Part shown: piece after piece, positions 30,687 through 40,881 of the stretch
How positions within the stretch are numbered: position 1 is the first letter of the stretch
Layout: the number at the start of each line of letters is the position of its first letter
From: Synechococcaceae cyanobacterium ELA445
GTDB taxonomy: Bacteria; Cyanobacteriota; Cyanobacteriia; PCC-6307; Cyanobiaceae
Reading direction: 5' to 3'
DNA: 64,000 bases
Assembly (NCBI GenBank): GCA_037134455.1
Contig: JBAXME010000005.1
Span: 1,159-65,158, forward strand
Translations under genes and position numbers: made by a program
Notes under the pieces: generated by a model
The model's database searches: none
Seen by the model: only the letters and a program-made list of their open reading frames with translations
Told to the model about the DNA's origin: nothing

Positions 30687-32777
30687 TCAGACCTCCGACC
30701 AGGGGTCGTCGTCGTAGGGACGACTGCGGGGCACCGAAGCGCTGGGACGCCGCGGTGGGTCCTCTCTGCCATAGCTTCGGGGCGACGGGCCGAACCGATC
30801 CCTGCCATAGGCCGGCTCCCCCCAGGGGTCTGCGCCAAAGCGGGACGGGCTGCCTGGCCGATCCCAGTCGTCCCAGTCGTCGTCGGAGAACAGCTCATCC
30901 TTGAGGGAGCCCAGGGTGTTCTTGATCCCCTGCAGCGGATTAGTGTCCTGCTTGCGCTCGCTGGCGAGGCGCCGGTTGAGGCCGTAGATCGCCTCCTGCA
31001 ACTGGCTCACGGCCAGATCGAGATCCTGCAGATCAGCGGCATCGCCAGGAGCCAGCAGGTCCTGCACCTCCCGCAGGGCCATCTCCACGGCCCGCTGCTG
31101 CCGCTCCGCCCCATAGGGCCCCAGCTCCAGGGCCGCATCCCTCAGGCGCCGCTCGGCCTGGGCCACCAAGGTCTGGGCCTGGTTGCGGCGATCGATCTCG
31201 GCCCGCTTGCGCCGGTCTTCGCCCGCCTTGCGATCGGCCTCCTGCAGCAAGGCGGCGATTTCCTCTTCGCTGAGGTTCGAGCCCCCCTGGATCGAGACGG
31301 TCTGTTGGCGGCCGGTGGTGCGATCCGTGGCGGACACCTGCAGCAGACCATTGGCATCGATATCAAAGGAGACCTGGACCTGGGGCACCCCCCGGGGGGC
31401 CGGGGGAATCCCGGCCAGCCGGAAACGGCCCAGGGACTTGTTGCCCTCAGTCATCTGCCGCTCCCCCTGGAGCACATGGACCTCCACCGAAGACTGGTTC
31501 GCCTCCGAGGTGCTGAACAGATCGGACTTGCGGACGGGGATCGGGGTGTTGCGCGGGATGAGCACCTTCATCACGCCGCCGATGGTTTCCAGGCCCAGCG
31601 AGAGGGGGGTGACGTCGTTGAGCATGAGGTCCCGCAGTTCACCGGTGAGGATCCCGGCCTGCACGGCGGCGCCGATGGCCACCACCTCATCGGGGTTGAC
31701 CGACTGGCACGGTTCGAGGGGGATGAGGGTGCGCACCATCTCCTGCACCATGGGCATGCGGGTCCCACCTCCCACCAGCACCACATCATCAACGTCTTCG
31801 GCGGCGAGCTGGGCATCCCGCAGGGCCCGTTGCACCGGCCGCAGCAGCCGATCAAGCAGGTCGGGGCAGAGCCCCTCAAACACCCGCCGTTCCAGGGTGG
31901 TTTCGATATGGAGGGGCCCTTCAGGCCCGGTGGCGATGAAGGGGAGAGAAATCGGGGTGCTGGTGACGCCGGAGAGCTCCTGTTTGGCTTTCTCCGCCGC
32001 TTCGGTGAGCCGTTGGAGGGCCTGGCGATCCCGGCGCAGATCAATGGTGTGGTCCGCCAGGAAGGCCTCCGCCAGCCAATCGACGATGCGGCGATCCCAG
32101 TCGTTGCCGCCCAGCTGGGTGTCGCCACTGGTGGCCTTGACGTCAAAGACGCCATTGGCGATCCGCAGAATCGACACATCGAAGGTGCCGCCACCGAGGT
32201 CAAACACCAGCACCCGCTTGACCGTGCTGCGGTCGAAGCCGTAGGCCAGCGCCGCAGCCGTGGGTTCATTGAGGATCCTCTCCACCGTGATGCCCGCCAG
32301 CCGGCCCGCATCCCGTGTGGCCTGGCGTTGGGCATCGTTGAAGTAGGCCGGCACGGTGATCACCGCCGCCTCCACCGGCTCACCAAGGTAGGTGGAGGCA
32401 TCGTCCACCAATTTGCGCAGGATGCTGGCCACCAGTTCCTCGGCGGCGTATTCCCGTTCAGTGGCTGGACAAACAACCCGCACATTGCCCAGGTCATTGG
32501 CCCGCACCGTGTAAGGCACCGCCAGGCTTCCTTCCTCCAGTTCGGACCAGGTGCGGCCGACGAAGCGCTTGAGATTGGCGAAGGTGTTGCGGGGATTCAG
32601 CACCAACTGCCGACGGGCCAGCTGGCCGACCAGCAGCTCCTGGTCACGGCTGAACCCCACCACCGAAGGCGTGGTGCGCCCCCCCTCCGCATTGGCGATC
32701 ACCTGGGGCCGACCGCCCTCGAGCACTGCCACCACCGAATTGGTGGTGCCCAGGTCGATGCCAACGATCCGACCCAT
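30687..32777 (-). CDS. dnaK: DnaK/Hsp70 chaperone (dnaK3-like, acidic Asp/Trp tail)
   Basis: GIDLGTTNS, TVPAYFNDAQRQAT, DLGGGTFDVS and NPDEVVAIGAA; tail DDDWDDWD. Confidence 0.97.
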   Translation of the reverse strand: MGRIVGIDLGTTNSVVAVLEGGRPQVIANAEGGRTTPSVVGFSRDQELLVGQLARRQLVLNPRNTFANLKRFVGRTWSELEEGSLAVPYTVRANDLGNVRVVCPATEREYAAEELVASILRKLVDDASTYLGEPVEAAVITVPAYFNDAQRQATRDAGRLAGITVERILNEPTAAALAYGFDRSTVKRVLVFDLGGGTFDVSILRIANGVFDVKATSGDTQLGGNDWDRRIVDWLAEAFLADHTIDLRRDRQALQRLTEAAEKAKQELSGVTSTPISLPFIATGPEGPLHIETTLERRVFEGLCPDLLDRLLRPVQRALRDAQLAAEDVDDVVLVGGGTRMPMVQEMVRTLIPLEPCQSVNPDEVVAIGAAVQAGILTGELRDLMLNDVTPLSLGLETIGGVMKVLIPRNTPIPVRKSDLFSTSEANQSSVEVHVLQGERQMTEGNKSLGRFRLAGIPPAPRGVPQVQVSFDIDANGLLQVSATDRTTGRQQTVSIQGGSNLSEEEIAALLQEADRKAGEDRRKRAEIDRRNQAQTLVAQAERRLRDAALELGPYGAERQQRAVEMALREVQDLLAPGDAADLQDLDLAVSQLQEAIYGLNRRLASERKQDTNPLQGIKNTLGSLKDELFSDDDWDDWDRPGSPSRFGADPWGEPAYGRDRFGPSPRSYGREDPPRRPSASVPRSRPYDDDPWSEV

Positions 32778-32834
32778 GGATCCGCACACGCAGCACCCAA
32801 GGTAACGGGCCCCGTGGCCGGCTCCAAGGGAGGC

Positions 32835-32853
32835 CTTAATCCGGCCTTAGTGA
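32835..32853 (+). promoter_or_regulatory. Putative Pho box (SphR/PhoB site) upstream of pstCAB
   Basis: CTTAATCC and CTTAGTGA at 11-bp spacing, about 20 bp before a TATTTT -10-like hexamer (32874-32879). Confidence 0.45.
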
Positions 32854-32900
32854 CGGCAGTGAGGGTTTCTCCCTATTTTTCAATTGAAGGCGTACCTTGC

Positions 32901-33854
32901 ATGACCACCAGTTTCAAAGAGGACCTGTTCACGCTTCGCCGCAGGCCTGCCAGCGAAAAGCTCATTGACCTGGGCTTTCGTCAGCTGGTGATTGTGCTGG
33001 CGTCCCTGGTGGCGATCGTGCTGCTGGGCATCCTGCTCACCGTGATGCACGGTTCAGAGGAGGCTGTCAAACAATTTGGACTTGGCTTCCTGGTGAAGTC
33101 CAGCTGGAATCCGGTAACAGAGGAATACGGCGCCTTCACGGCCATCTATGGCACCATCGTCACCTCGGTGTTGTCCCTGCTGATTGCCGTGCCCCTGGGG
33201 GTGGGCACAGCCATCTTCATCACCGAAAACCTGATCCCCCTGCAGCTCCGCAACCTGATCGGCCTGATGGTGGAGCTGCTTGCGGCCATCCCATCGGTGG
33301 TGCTGGGCCTCTGGGCCATTTTCGTGATGGAGCCCTTCCTGCGACCCTTCCTCAGCTGGCTTTATTCCACCCTGGGCTGGTTGCCCTTCTTCAGCACCGA
33401 ACCCCAGGGCCCCGGCATGGCGCCGGCCATCCTGATCCTGGTGGTGATGATCCTGCCGATCATTACGGCCATCTCCCGCGATTCCCTCAACCAGGTGCCC
33501 CCCGAGCTGCGCCAGGCGGCCTATGGCGTGGGCACCACCCGCTGGGGGGCGATCCTGCAGGTGATTCTGCCGGCGGCCATTTCAGGTATCACCGGCGGCG
33601 TCATGCTGGCCCTCGGTAGGGCCATGGGCGAAACGATGGCCGTGACCATGATCATCGGCAACTCCAACAACTTCAGCCTCTCCCTGCTGGCCCCCGGCAA
33701 CACCATCGCTTCGATGTTGGCCAACCAGTTCGGCGAGGCGGATGGCTCCCAGGTGTCGTCATTGATGTACGCCGCACTGGTGCTGATGGTGCTCACCCTG
33801 GTGGTGAACATCTTTGCTCAGTGGATTGTCAAGCGCCTAAGCCTGAAGTACTGA
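32901..33854 (+). CDS. pstC: Phosphate ABC transporter permease PstC
   Basis: ELLAAIPSVVLGLW and ALGRAMGETMAV; multi-TM. Confidence 0.96.
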   Translation: MTTSFKEDLFTLRRRPASEKLIDLGFRQLVIVLASLVAIVLLGILLTVMHGSEEAVKQFGLGFLVKSSWNPVTEEYGAFTAIYGTIVTSVLSLLIAVPLGVGTAIFITENLIPLQLRNLIGLMVELLAAIPSVVLGLWAIFVMEPFLRPFLSWLYSTLGWLPFFSTEPQGPGMAPAILILVVMILPIITAISRDSLNQVPPELRQAAYGVGTTRWGAILQVILPAAISGITGGVMLALGRAMGETMAVTMIIGNSNNFSLSLLAPGNTIASMLANQFGEADGSQVSSLMYAALVLMVLTLVVNIFAQWIVKRLSLKY

Positions 33855-33862
33855 ATCCCACC

Positions 33863-34768
33863 ATGGCCACCTTCGCTCCGACCACGAGCCTGTTCGAAAG
33901 GCAATCACTCCACAAGAAGCCTTCCCTTCGCCGCAACCGCTGGAACCTGTTCTTCACCCTCCTGGCGGGCCTATTCGCCACGGTCTGTGTTCTGCCCCTG
34001 TTCCTGGTGTTGATCTATGTGCTGATCAAGGGAGGTTCCCTGCTCAGCATCGGTCTGCTCACCCAGTTACCCCCTGCCCCGGGCACCACCGGAGGCGGCA
34101 TCGCCAACGCCATCCTGGGCACCTTCCTGGTGACCCTGGTGGCATCCCTGATCGCCATCCCCGTAGGAGTGGGCGGAGGCATCTACCTGGCCGAATACTC
34201 CCGCGGTGGTTGGTTCCAGGGTTTCGTGCGTTTCGGCACCAACGTGCTGGCCGGCGTGCCCTCAATCATCTGCGGCGTGTTCATCTACGGCCTGATTGTC
34301 TCCACCCGGATCCTGTTCGGCGAGAGCTACAGCGCTGTGGCGGGTGGTATCGCGCTCTCGGTCTTGATGCTCCCCACGGTCATCAAGACCACCGACGAAG
34401 GCCTGAAGCTGGTTCCCCAGGAGCTCCGCTGGGGGGCTATCGGCGTGGGTGCCTCCAAATTCGTCACCATCACCAGCGTCACCCTGCCTACGGCCTTCAC
34501 CCCCATCGCCACCGGCGTGGTTCTCGCCATCGCCCGAGCCGCTGGCGAAACGGCCCCCTTGATCTTCACGGCCCTGTTCTCCCCTTTCTGGCCCGAGGGA
34601 CTGCTGAAGCCGATCGCCACCCTTTCGGTGCTGATCTTCAACTTCGCGATCATGCCCTACGAGGCCCAGAACGCCTTGGCCTGGGCGGCCTCGTTTGTGC
34701 TGGTGGCTCTCATTCTGGGCGCCAACCTCTTTGCCCGCTGGCTGAGTCGCTTCGCCTCCTCCACCTGA
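33863..34768 (+). CDS. pstA: Phosphate ABC transporter permease PstA
   Basis: GIYLAEY, LAGVPSIICG and ARAAGETAPL. Confidence 0.96.
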   Translation: MATFAPTTSLFERQSLHKKPSLRRNRWNLFFTLLAGLFATVCVLPLFLVLIYVLIKGGSLLSIGLLTQLPPAPGTTGGGIANAILGTFLVTLVASLIAIPVGVGGGIYLAEYSRGGWFQGFVRFGTNVLAGVPSIICGVFIYGLIVSTRILFGESYSAVAGGIALSVLMLPTVIKTTDEGLKLVPQELRWGAIGVGASKFVTITSVTLPTAFTPIATGVVLAIARAAGETAPLIFTALFSPFWPEGLLKPIATLSVLIFNFAIMPYEAQNALAWAASFVLVALILGANLFARWLSRFASST

Positions 34769-34834
34769 AGGCGACGCCAAGGCTCCACCGTTGAAGACCC
34801 ACCATTTGCTTCCCTGTTCCCCTTCCCTGCAGCC

Positions 34835-35653
34835 ATGACCAGCTCGACCTCCAGCCACGAACGGACCACAACCTCTGGAACCTGCATGTCGCTGGAGAAC
34901 GTCTCGATCAGCTATGGCAGCTTCGAGGCGGTTCGCAACGTCTACATGGAGATCCCCAAGGGTCAGGTGACCGCGTTCATCGGCCCTTCGGGCTGCGGCA
35001 AATCCACCGTGCTGCGGGCCCTCAACCGCATGAACGATCTGATCGAAGGCTGCAGCCTCAAGGGACGTGTGGTGTTCGACGGCAATGACCTCTACGCCCC
35101 GAACGTCGACCCCGTAGAGGTGCGCAGACGGATTGGCATGGTGTTTCAACGGCCCAATCCCTTCCCCAAATCCATCTACGAGAACATCGCCTTCGGTGCC
35201 CGCATCAACGGCTACAAGGGGGACATGGATGAGCTGGTGGAGCGTTCCCTGCGCAAGGCGGCCATCTGGGATGAAACCAAAGACAAACTGAAGGAGAGCG
35301 GCTATTCCCTCTCCGGTGGCCAACAACAGCGACTCTGCATCGCCCGCGCCATCTCCATCGAGCCGGAGGTGATCCTGATGGACGAACCATGTTCAGCTCT
35401 TGATCCAATCTCCACCCTCAAAATTGAGGAGATGATGCACGAGCTCAAGAAGAACTACACGATCGTGATCGTGACCCACAACATGCAGCAGGCCGTGCGG
35501 GTCTCCGACCAAACGGCTTTCTACAACGCCGAAGCTGTAGAGGGCGGAAGCGGCAAGATAGGCTACTTAGTGGAGTTCAACGAAACCGAGTTGATCTTCA
35601 ATTCGCCTGCTCAGCAGGCCACCCAGGACTACGTCAGCGGTCGCTTCGGCTGA
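34835..35653 (+). CDS. pstB: Phosphate ABC transporter ATPase PstB
   Basis: [36 protein letters not shown] and DYVSGRFG. Confidence 0.97.
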   Translation: MTSSTSSHERTTTSGTCMSLENVSISYGSFEAVRNVYMEIPKGQVTAFIGPSGCGKSTVLRALNRMNDLIEGCSLKGRVVFDGNDLYAPNVDPVEVRRRIGMVFQRPNPFPKSIYENIAFGARINGYKGDMDELVERSLRKAAIWDETKDKLKESGYSLSGGQQQRLCIARAISIEPEVILMDEPCSALDPISTLKIEEMMHELKKNYTIVIVTHNMQQAVRVSDQTAFYNAEAVEGGSGKIGYLVEFNETELIFNSPAQQATQDYVSGRFG

Positions 35654-35828
35654 TTGTTCCGATTGCCGTTTCACTCGTGTTCTTTGCCCCTCAGGCTGGC
35701 TGGATCAGCTCAAACGCTGCGCCATTCCACCTTTAAGAGGGGCCACAATTCACTCCCATAGCCGTCAAATTCCTTGGGGCTTTGTTCGCTTGGTTGGGCA
35801 TAGCCATCCTGGGATCTCGGTACTCCAT

Positions 35829-35851
35829 AAAAAAACCGGCCCGCGGGCCGG
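35829..35851 (-). terminator. Rho-independent terminator of tRNA-Ser
   Basis: Minus strand CCGGCC-CGCG-GGCCGG followed by T7, 8 bp past the tRNA 3' end. Confidence 0.85.
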
Positions 35852-35859
35852 CTGATGAA

Positions 35860-35946
35860 CGGAGAGGGAGGGATTCGAACCCTCGATAGAGTTGCCCCTA
35901 TACAGCATTTCCAGTGCTGCGCCTTCGACCACTCGGCCACCTCTCC
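35860..35946 (-). tRNA. tRNA-Ser (anticodon GGA)
   Basis: GGAGAGGTGGCCGAGTGG...CAGCACTGGAAATGCTG...long variable arm...GGTTCGAATCCCTCCCTCTCCG; CCA not encoded. Confidence 0.97.
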
Positions 35947-36007
35947 AGGGGCAAATGGGGCAGATGTCAATGTAGCAGCAGCCCCTTCGCCACCCCCGAG
36001 CGCCGCC

Positions 36008-36391
36008 ATGACGCCGACAGCTCCAGGTAAGAGGTTCCCGATCAGGGTGCATTTTCGTCAGCAGGATCGCGTCATTCAGCTGGAGGTGCCCGAGGGGGAG
36101 TACATCCTGCGCAGCTTTGAGGAACAGGGCGAACCGTTGCCGTTCAGTTGCCGCAATGGCTGCTGCACCAGCTGCGCGGTGCGGGTGCTCTCCGGCACGA
36201 TCGACCAGCGCGAAGCCCTCGGCATCTCCCAGGAACTGCGTCGCAGAGGTTATGGCCTGCTCTGCGTTGCCCGGGCGATCGCCCCTCTGGATGTGGAGAC
36301 CCAGGACGAGGACGAGGTCTATGACCTGCAGTTCGGCCGCTTCTTCGGCCGTGGCAAGGTGCGACCAGGCCTTCCCCTCGACGAAGAATGA
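36008..36391 (+). CDS. 2Fe-2S ferredoxin with C-terminal extension (Fed2/FdC2-like)
   Basis: CRNGCCTSC...LLC cluster ligands; tail DEDEVYDLQFGRFFG...GLPLDEE. Confidence 0.9.
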   Translation: MTPTAPGKRFPIRVHFRQQDRVIQLEVPEGEYILRSFEEQGEPLPFSCRNGCCTSCAVRVLSGTIDQREALGISQELRRRGYGLLCVARAIAPLDVETQDEDEVYDLQFGRFFGRGKVRPGLPLDEE

Positions 36392-37281
36392 GCCCTTTGC
36401 ACCAGGCACGCCTTTCGGATCTGGCCTTGGCCGATTCCGACCTTGACTCCCAGGAACTGGAGCGGTTGTCGGCGGTGGCCCGCCGGGCTGCGGACGCAGG
36501 AGCGGACGTGCTGATGGGGCTCTACGGCGAGCTGGAGCACATCCGGGAGAAGGGCCGTGCCGGAGATTTGGTTACCGAAGCCGACTTGGACGCGGAGAAA
36601 GCCGTGCTGGCGGTGCTGGCGGACGCCACGCCCCAGTTGGGGGTGTTGGCGGAAGAATCAGGGCGCAGCCTGCAACGCACCGATCTGGAGTGGTGCGTCG
36701 ATCCCCTCGATGGCACAACGAACTTCGCCCATGGGTTTCCCTTCTTCGCCACTTCAATAGGCCTGACCTGGCGGGGGATCCCACTGCTGGGGGCCCTGGC
36801 AGCTCCGGCGCTGGGGCAATCGTTCTGGGCCGCCCCGGGCCTGGGGAGCTGGTGCAACGACCAGCGCCTGGCCGTGAGCGACTGCTCCGAGCTGGGTGCC
36901 TCGCTGCTGGCCACCGGTTTCGCCTACGACCGCCACAGCCGGCTGGACAACAACTACGCCGAGTTCTGCTGGTTCACCCACCGCACCCGGGGGGTGCGCC
37001 GCCCCGGATCCGCCTCCCTCGATCTGGCCTACGTGGCCGCCAGCCGACTGGATGGTTACTGGGAGAGGGGGCTCTCCCCCTGGGATCTCGCCGCCGGTGT
37101 GGTGCTGGTGGAACAGGCTGGGGGTGTCGTCAGCGCCTATGACGGCGGCCGCCTTGTGCTGGCGGAGGGTCGCCTGATCGCCTGCGCTCCTGGGCTGCAG
37201 CAACATCTGGTGCAAGGCCTGGCCCAGGTTCGCCACTTGACCGGGGCGAGCTTCGGTGCCCCCGAACTGGACGCTCCATAG
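36388..37281 (+). CDS. suhB: Inositol monophosphatase family protein
   Basis: DLVTEAD, LAEE, WCVDPLDGTTNFAHG and WDLAAG. Confidence 0.92.
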   Translation: MSPLHQARLSDLALADSDLDSQELERLSAVARRAADAGADVLMGLYGELEHIREKGRAGDLVTEADLDAEKAVLAVLADATPQLGVLAEESGRSLQRTDLEWCVDPLDGTTNFAHGFPFFATSIGLTWRGIPLLGALAAPALGQSFWAAPGLGSWCNDQRLAVSDCSELGASLLATGFAYDRHSRLDNNYAEFCWFTHRTRGVRRPGSASLDLAYVAASRLDGYWERGLSPWDLAAGVVLVEQAGGVVSAYDGGRLVLAEGRLIACAPGLQQHLVQGLAQVRHLTGASFGAPELDAP

Positions 37282-37317
37282 GATCGGCCACCACCCCTTT
37301 CTGTCCGCCGTCACGCC

Positions 37318-38493
37318 ATGGCCCTGCAACCTGCCGCTGGCGCCAAGGATCTGAACCCCCTCGAGGTCACGGGCAACCGACGCCTGCGGGAGCAGCTGGC
37401 GGCGGTCTACCGGCTCTGGGGCTACCAGGAAGTGGCCCCCCCGAGCATTGAGCGGCTGGACACCCTGGAGGCGGGCGGTGCCATCGACGACCGCGAGGTG
37501 GTCCGATTGGTGACCGACGAACCGCTGGGCCTGCGGCCGGAGATGACCGCCTCGATCGCCCGGGCCGCCTCCACCCGCCTGGCGGGCCGGCCGAGGCCCC
37601 TGAGGCTGTGGGCCAGTGGCACCACGTTCCGCACCTTCATCGGTGATTCGGGCAGCCAGCGGGTGCAGGAGCGGCTCCAGAGCGGCGTCGAATTGCTGGG
37701 GGTGTCCGGCACCGCCGCCGACGCCGAACTGCTGAGGCTGCTGCTGGCCTGCACCGAAACCCTTGGGCTCCAGGCCCGTCACCAACCTCGGTTGTTGCTG
37801 GGGCACCACGGCCTGCTGACAGCGCTGCTGGGGCGGGTGCCTGCCTCTCACCGCACCGCGGCCCGCAAGGCCCTGACGGGTTTCGATCCCCTCGCCCTGG
37901 CGGCCCTGCCCCTCGATGAAGCCGATCGCCAGGCGCTGCAACGGTTGATGCGCCTGCGGGGGGAGCCCCCGGCGGTGCTCTACCAGCTGGAGCAACTGCT
38001 GGGCCCCGGCCCCCTGCTCCGGGATCTGTCCACCGTGCTGGGAAGCATCGCCGGCACCGCTGAGCGGCTGGGGGTGACGCTGCAGCTGGATCCAAGCTTT
38101 CAGCCCCATTTCGATCTGTATGACGGTCTGGTGCTTGAGCTGGTTTGCCAGGGAGAGGCCGCTCCTGTGGCGATTGCCAGCGGCGGTCGCTACGACGCCC
38201 TGATGCAACGCTTCGGCAACGACGAGGCGGCGGGGGTGGGGTTCGGCTTCGCGATCGAGGAGATCCGCGAACTGCTCGATCCGTCGGAGTTCGGTGGTGA
38301 TCCGCCGGAGGGTCCCACATTGGTGGCCTATGCCGAACCGGGCCTGATCGGCGTTGCCCTCGATCAGCTGCAGCAGCTCCATCACCAGGGACAGCCGGCG
38401 GAACTGCTGAGCGAACCCTGTTCCAGCCAGGCGGAAGCGGAGCGCCTGGCCAGCGACCGTGGCTGCAGCGGCGCCGTATGGCTCGGGGCCTGA
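37318..38493 (+). CDS. hisZ: ATP phosphoribosyltransferase regulatory subunit
   Basis: HisRS-like fold: LRPEMTASIARA, QSGVELLG, ASGGRYD and GVGFGF. Confidence 0.92.
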   Translation: MALQPAAGAKDLNPLEVTGNRRLREQLAAVYRLWGYQEVAPPSIERLDTLEAGGAIDDREVVRLVTDEPLGLRPEMTASIARAASTRLAGRPRPLRLWASGTTFRTFIGDSGSQRVQERLQSGVELLGVSGTAADAELLRLLLACTETLGLQARHQPRLLLGHHGLLTALLGRVPASHRTAARKALTGFDPLALAALPLDEADRQALQRLMRLRGEPPAVLYQLEQLLGPGPLLRDLSTVLGSIAGTAERLGVTLQLDPSFQPHFDLYDGLVLELVCQGEAAPVAIASGGRYDALMQRFGNDEAAGVGFGFAIEEIRELLDPSEFGGDPPEGPTLVAYAEPGLIGVALDQLQQLHHQGQPAELLSEPCSSQAEAERLASDRGCSGAVWLGA

Positions 38494-38538
38494 GGACCAC
38501 CCCTCCCTAGGATCGGCGGCCAGCGAATGCGTCCGGCG

Positions 38539-38763
38539 ATGGCCCACACAATCCTCACCGACGTCTGCGAGGGGGTGGCCGATTGCGTGGACGCCTGTCC
38601 AGTGGCCTGCATCCACCCAGGCGCCGGCGCCAACACCAAGGGCACTGGGTTCTTCTGGATTGACTTCGACACCTGCATCGACTGCGGCATCTGCCTGCAG
38701 GTGTGTCCGGTGGAGGGGGCGATCGTGCCCGAGGAAAAGCCTGCGCTGCAACGGCGGCCCTGA
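38539..38763 (+). CDS. Dicluster 3Fe-4S/4Fe-4S ferredoxin
   Basis: CEGVADCVDACP and CIDCGICLQVCP. Confidence 0.92.
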   Translation: MAHTILTDVCEGVADCVDACPVACIHPGAGANTKGTGFFWIDFDTCIDCGICLQVCPVEGAIVPEEKPALQRRP

Positions 38764-38876
38764 ACCGCACGACTCAACCCAACGGCGTCAGTTCGGTGAC
38801 CCGTCCCCAAACACCCTTGAGACACCCGGCAGCAGGTCCGTAAGGTCAGCTCAGATCACGACAGACGGCAGCTCCC

Positions 38877-40796
38877 ATGGCGGTTTTGGAACAGGGTCAG
38901 ATCCAGATCCATACCGAGAACATCTTCCCGATCATCAAAAAGGCCGTTTACTCCGGCCATGAGGTGTTCCTGCGGGAACTCGTGAGCAACGGGGTGGATG
39001 CCATCAGCAAGCGGCGCATGGCCGCCATGGCGAGCGACTGCAGCGAAGGCAGCGAAGGGCAGATCTCGATCCGCATCGACCGTGAGGCCAAGACCCTCAC
39101 CATCAGTGACAACGGCATCGGCATGACCGCCGATGAGGTGAAGCGCTACATCAACCAGGTGGCCTTCTCCAGCGCCGAGGAGTTCCTGGAGAAGTACAAG
39201 CGCGAGGACGACGCCATCATTGGCCACTTCGGCCTGGGCTTCTACTCCAGCTTCATGGTGGCGGCGAAGGTGGAGCTGGTCAGCCTGAGCGCCAAACCAG
39301 GGGCTGAGGCCGTGCGCTGGAGTTGCGACGGCTCCCCCAACTTCAGCCTCGAATCGGGCGAACGGGCCGAGCCCGGCACTGAGGTGATCCTCCATATCCA
39401 GGAAGAGGAGCTCGAATACATCGAGCCGTCCCGCATCCGCACCCTGATCACCACCTATTGCGACTTCCTGCCCGTGGAAGTGCAACTGGAGGGGGAAACG
39501 GTGAACAAGCGTCTGGCCCCTTGGCGCCAGAGCCCCCGCGATCTGACCGAAAACGACTACATCGAGCTCTACCGCTACCTCTATCCGTTCCAGGGGGACC
39601 CGCTGCTGTGGGTGCACCTGAACACCGACTACCCCTACACCCTGCAGGGGATCCTCTACTTCCCCCAACTCACCGGCCGGGGTGACTGGGAGAAAGGCGA
39701 GATCCGGCTGTACTGCAACCAGGTGTTCGTCAGCGATTCGATCAAGGAGGTGGTGCCCCGCTACCTCCTGCCCCTGCGCGGCGTGATCGACTCCCCCGAC
39801 ATCCCCCTGAACGTCAGCCGTTCAGCCCTGCAGACCGACCGGCGGGTGCGCTCGATCGGCGGTTTTGTGGCCAAAAAGGTGGGTGATCGCCTCAAGGAAC
39901 TGCACCGGGATGATCCGAAGCGGTATGCGGAGATCTGGGAGGGGATTGCCCCTTTCATCAAGATCGGTGCCCTGGAGGACGACAAGTTCGCCGAGCAGGT
40001 GGCGGATCTGGTTCTGTTCGGCACCACGGCCGCTGCCGTTGAACCGGCCACTGAGCCGGAATCGACCCCGGCTGATCCCATTGCCGTCGGTGACAAGGCC
40101 TACACCACCCTGTCCGGTTACCGCAGCCGGCTTGCGGCGGACAACGACAAACGCATCCTCTACTGCACCGATGAGGCTGGCCAGGCCGGAGCCCTGGCCC
40201 TGTGGAAGGCCCAGGGGGCCGAAGTGCTTCAGGCCGACACCTGGATCGATGCCCAATTCATCCCCTGGCTGGAATCCCGCCACGGGGAACTCAAATTCCA
40301 GCGCGTGGACGCCGAACTGGACGCAAGCATCCAGGAGCAGGAGAGCGAACTCACGGACGCCGAGGGGGCCGGCAGCAGCGACAAGCTCAAGGATCTGTTC
40401 CGCCACGCCCTGGCCAACGACAAGGTGACCGTGCAGGTGCAGGCCCTTAAGGGAGAAGGGGCTCCTGCCGCCCTGATCCTGCTGCCCGAGCAGATGCGCC
40501 GGCTCAACGACATCGGCGCCCTGATGGAACAGCGCCTGCCGGGGCTGCCCGATCACCACGTGCTGGTGGTCAACAAACGCCACCCCCTCGTAGCGGGCCT
40601 GCTCAAGCTCTCCAGCGGCGCCGTGCTCACCGGGGCCTCGGGCGTCTCCCCCAGTCAACAGCTGGCCGATGACCTCAGCCGCCACGTGTATGAACTGGCG
40701 CGGCTTGCGGTTGGAGGCGTGGAGCCCAACCAGTTGGCGGGTTTCCAGCAACGCAGCTCCGACCTCCTGGGTCGGCTGATGGAGCGGGGGCTCTGA
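38877..40796 (+). CDS. htpG: Chaperone HtpG (Hsp90)
   Basis: FLRELVSNGVDA, DNGIGM, IGHFGLGFYSSF and LNVSRS. Confidence 0.97.
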   Translation: MAVLEQGQIQIHTENIFPIIKKAVYSGHEVFLRELVSNGVDAISKRRMAAMASDCSEGSEGQISIRIDREAKTLTISDNGIGMTADEVKRYINQVAFSSAEEFLEKYKREDDAIIGHFGLGFYSSFMVAAKVELVSLSAKPGAEAVRWSCDGSPNFSLESGERAEPGTEVILHIQEEELEYIEPSRIRTLITTYCDFLPVEVQLEGETVNKRLAPWRQSPRDLTENDYIELYRYLYPFQGDPLLWVHLNTDYPYTLQGILYFPQLTGRGDWEKGEIRLYCNQVFVSDSIKEVVPRYLLPLRGVIDSPDIPLNVSRSALQTDRRVRSIGGFVAKKVGDRLKELHRDDPKRYAEIWEGIAPFIKIGALEDDKFAEQVADLVLFGTTAAAVEPATEPESTPADPIAVGDKAYTTLSGYRSRLAADNDKRILYCTDEAGQAGALALWKAQGAEVLQADTWIDAQFIPWLESRHGELKFQRVDAELDASIQEQESELTDAEGAGSSDKLKDLFRHALANDKVTVQVQALKGEGAPAALILLPEQMRRLNDIGALMEQRLPGLPDHHVLVVNKRHPLVAGLLKLSSGAVLTGASGVSPSQQLADDLSRHVYELARLAVGGVEPNQLAGFQQRSSDLLGRLMERGL

Positions 40797-40881
40797 GCCG
40801 GAGGAACCAGGCCTCGCAGGCCCTTTGATAAGCTCAGTGCCTGGGGTTTGCCCCATTGATCATCGTTGAACGGTTGAAGTC

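Noticed and set aside
30030-33854. 1274-aa plus-strand ORF apparently fusing a long N-terminal region to PstC
   Set aside because: The first ~957 codons are the antisense shadow of dnaJ/dnaK, a well-known spurious ORF opposite hsp70 genes in GC-rich DNA. Only 32901-33854 has PstC character.
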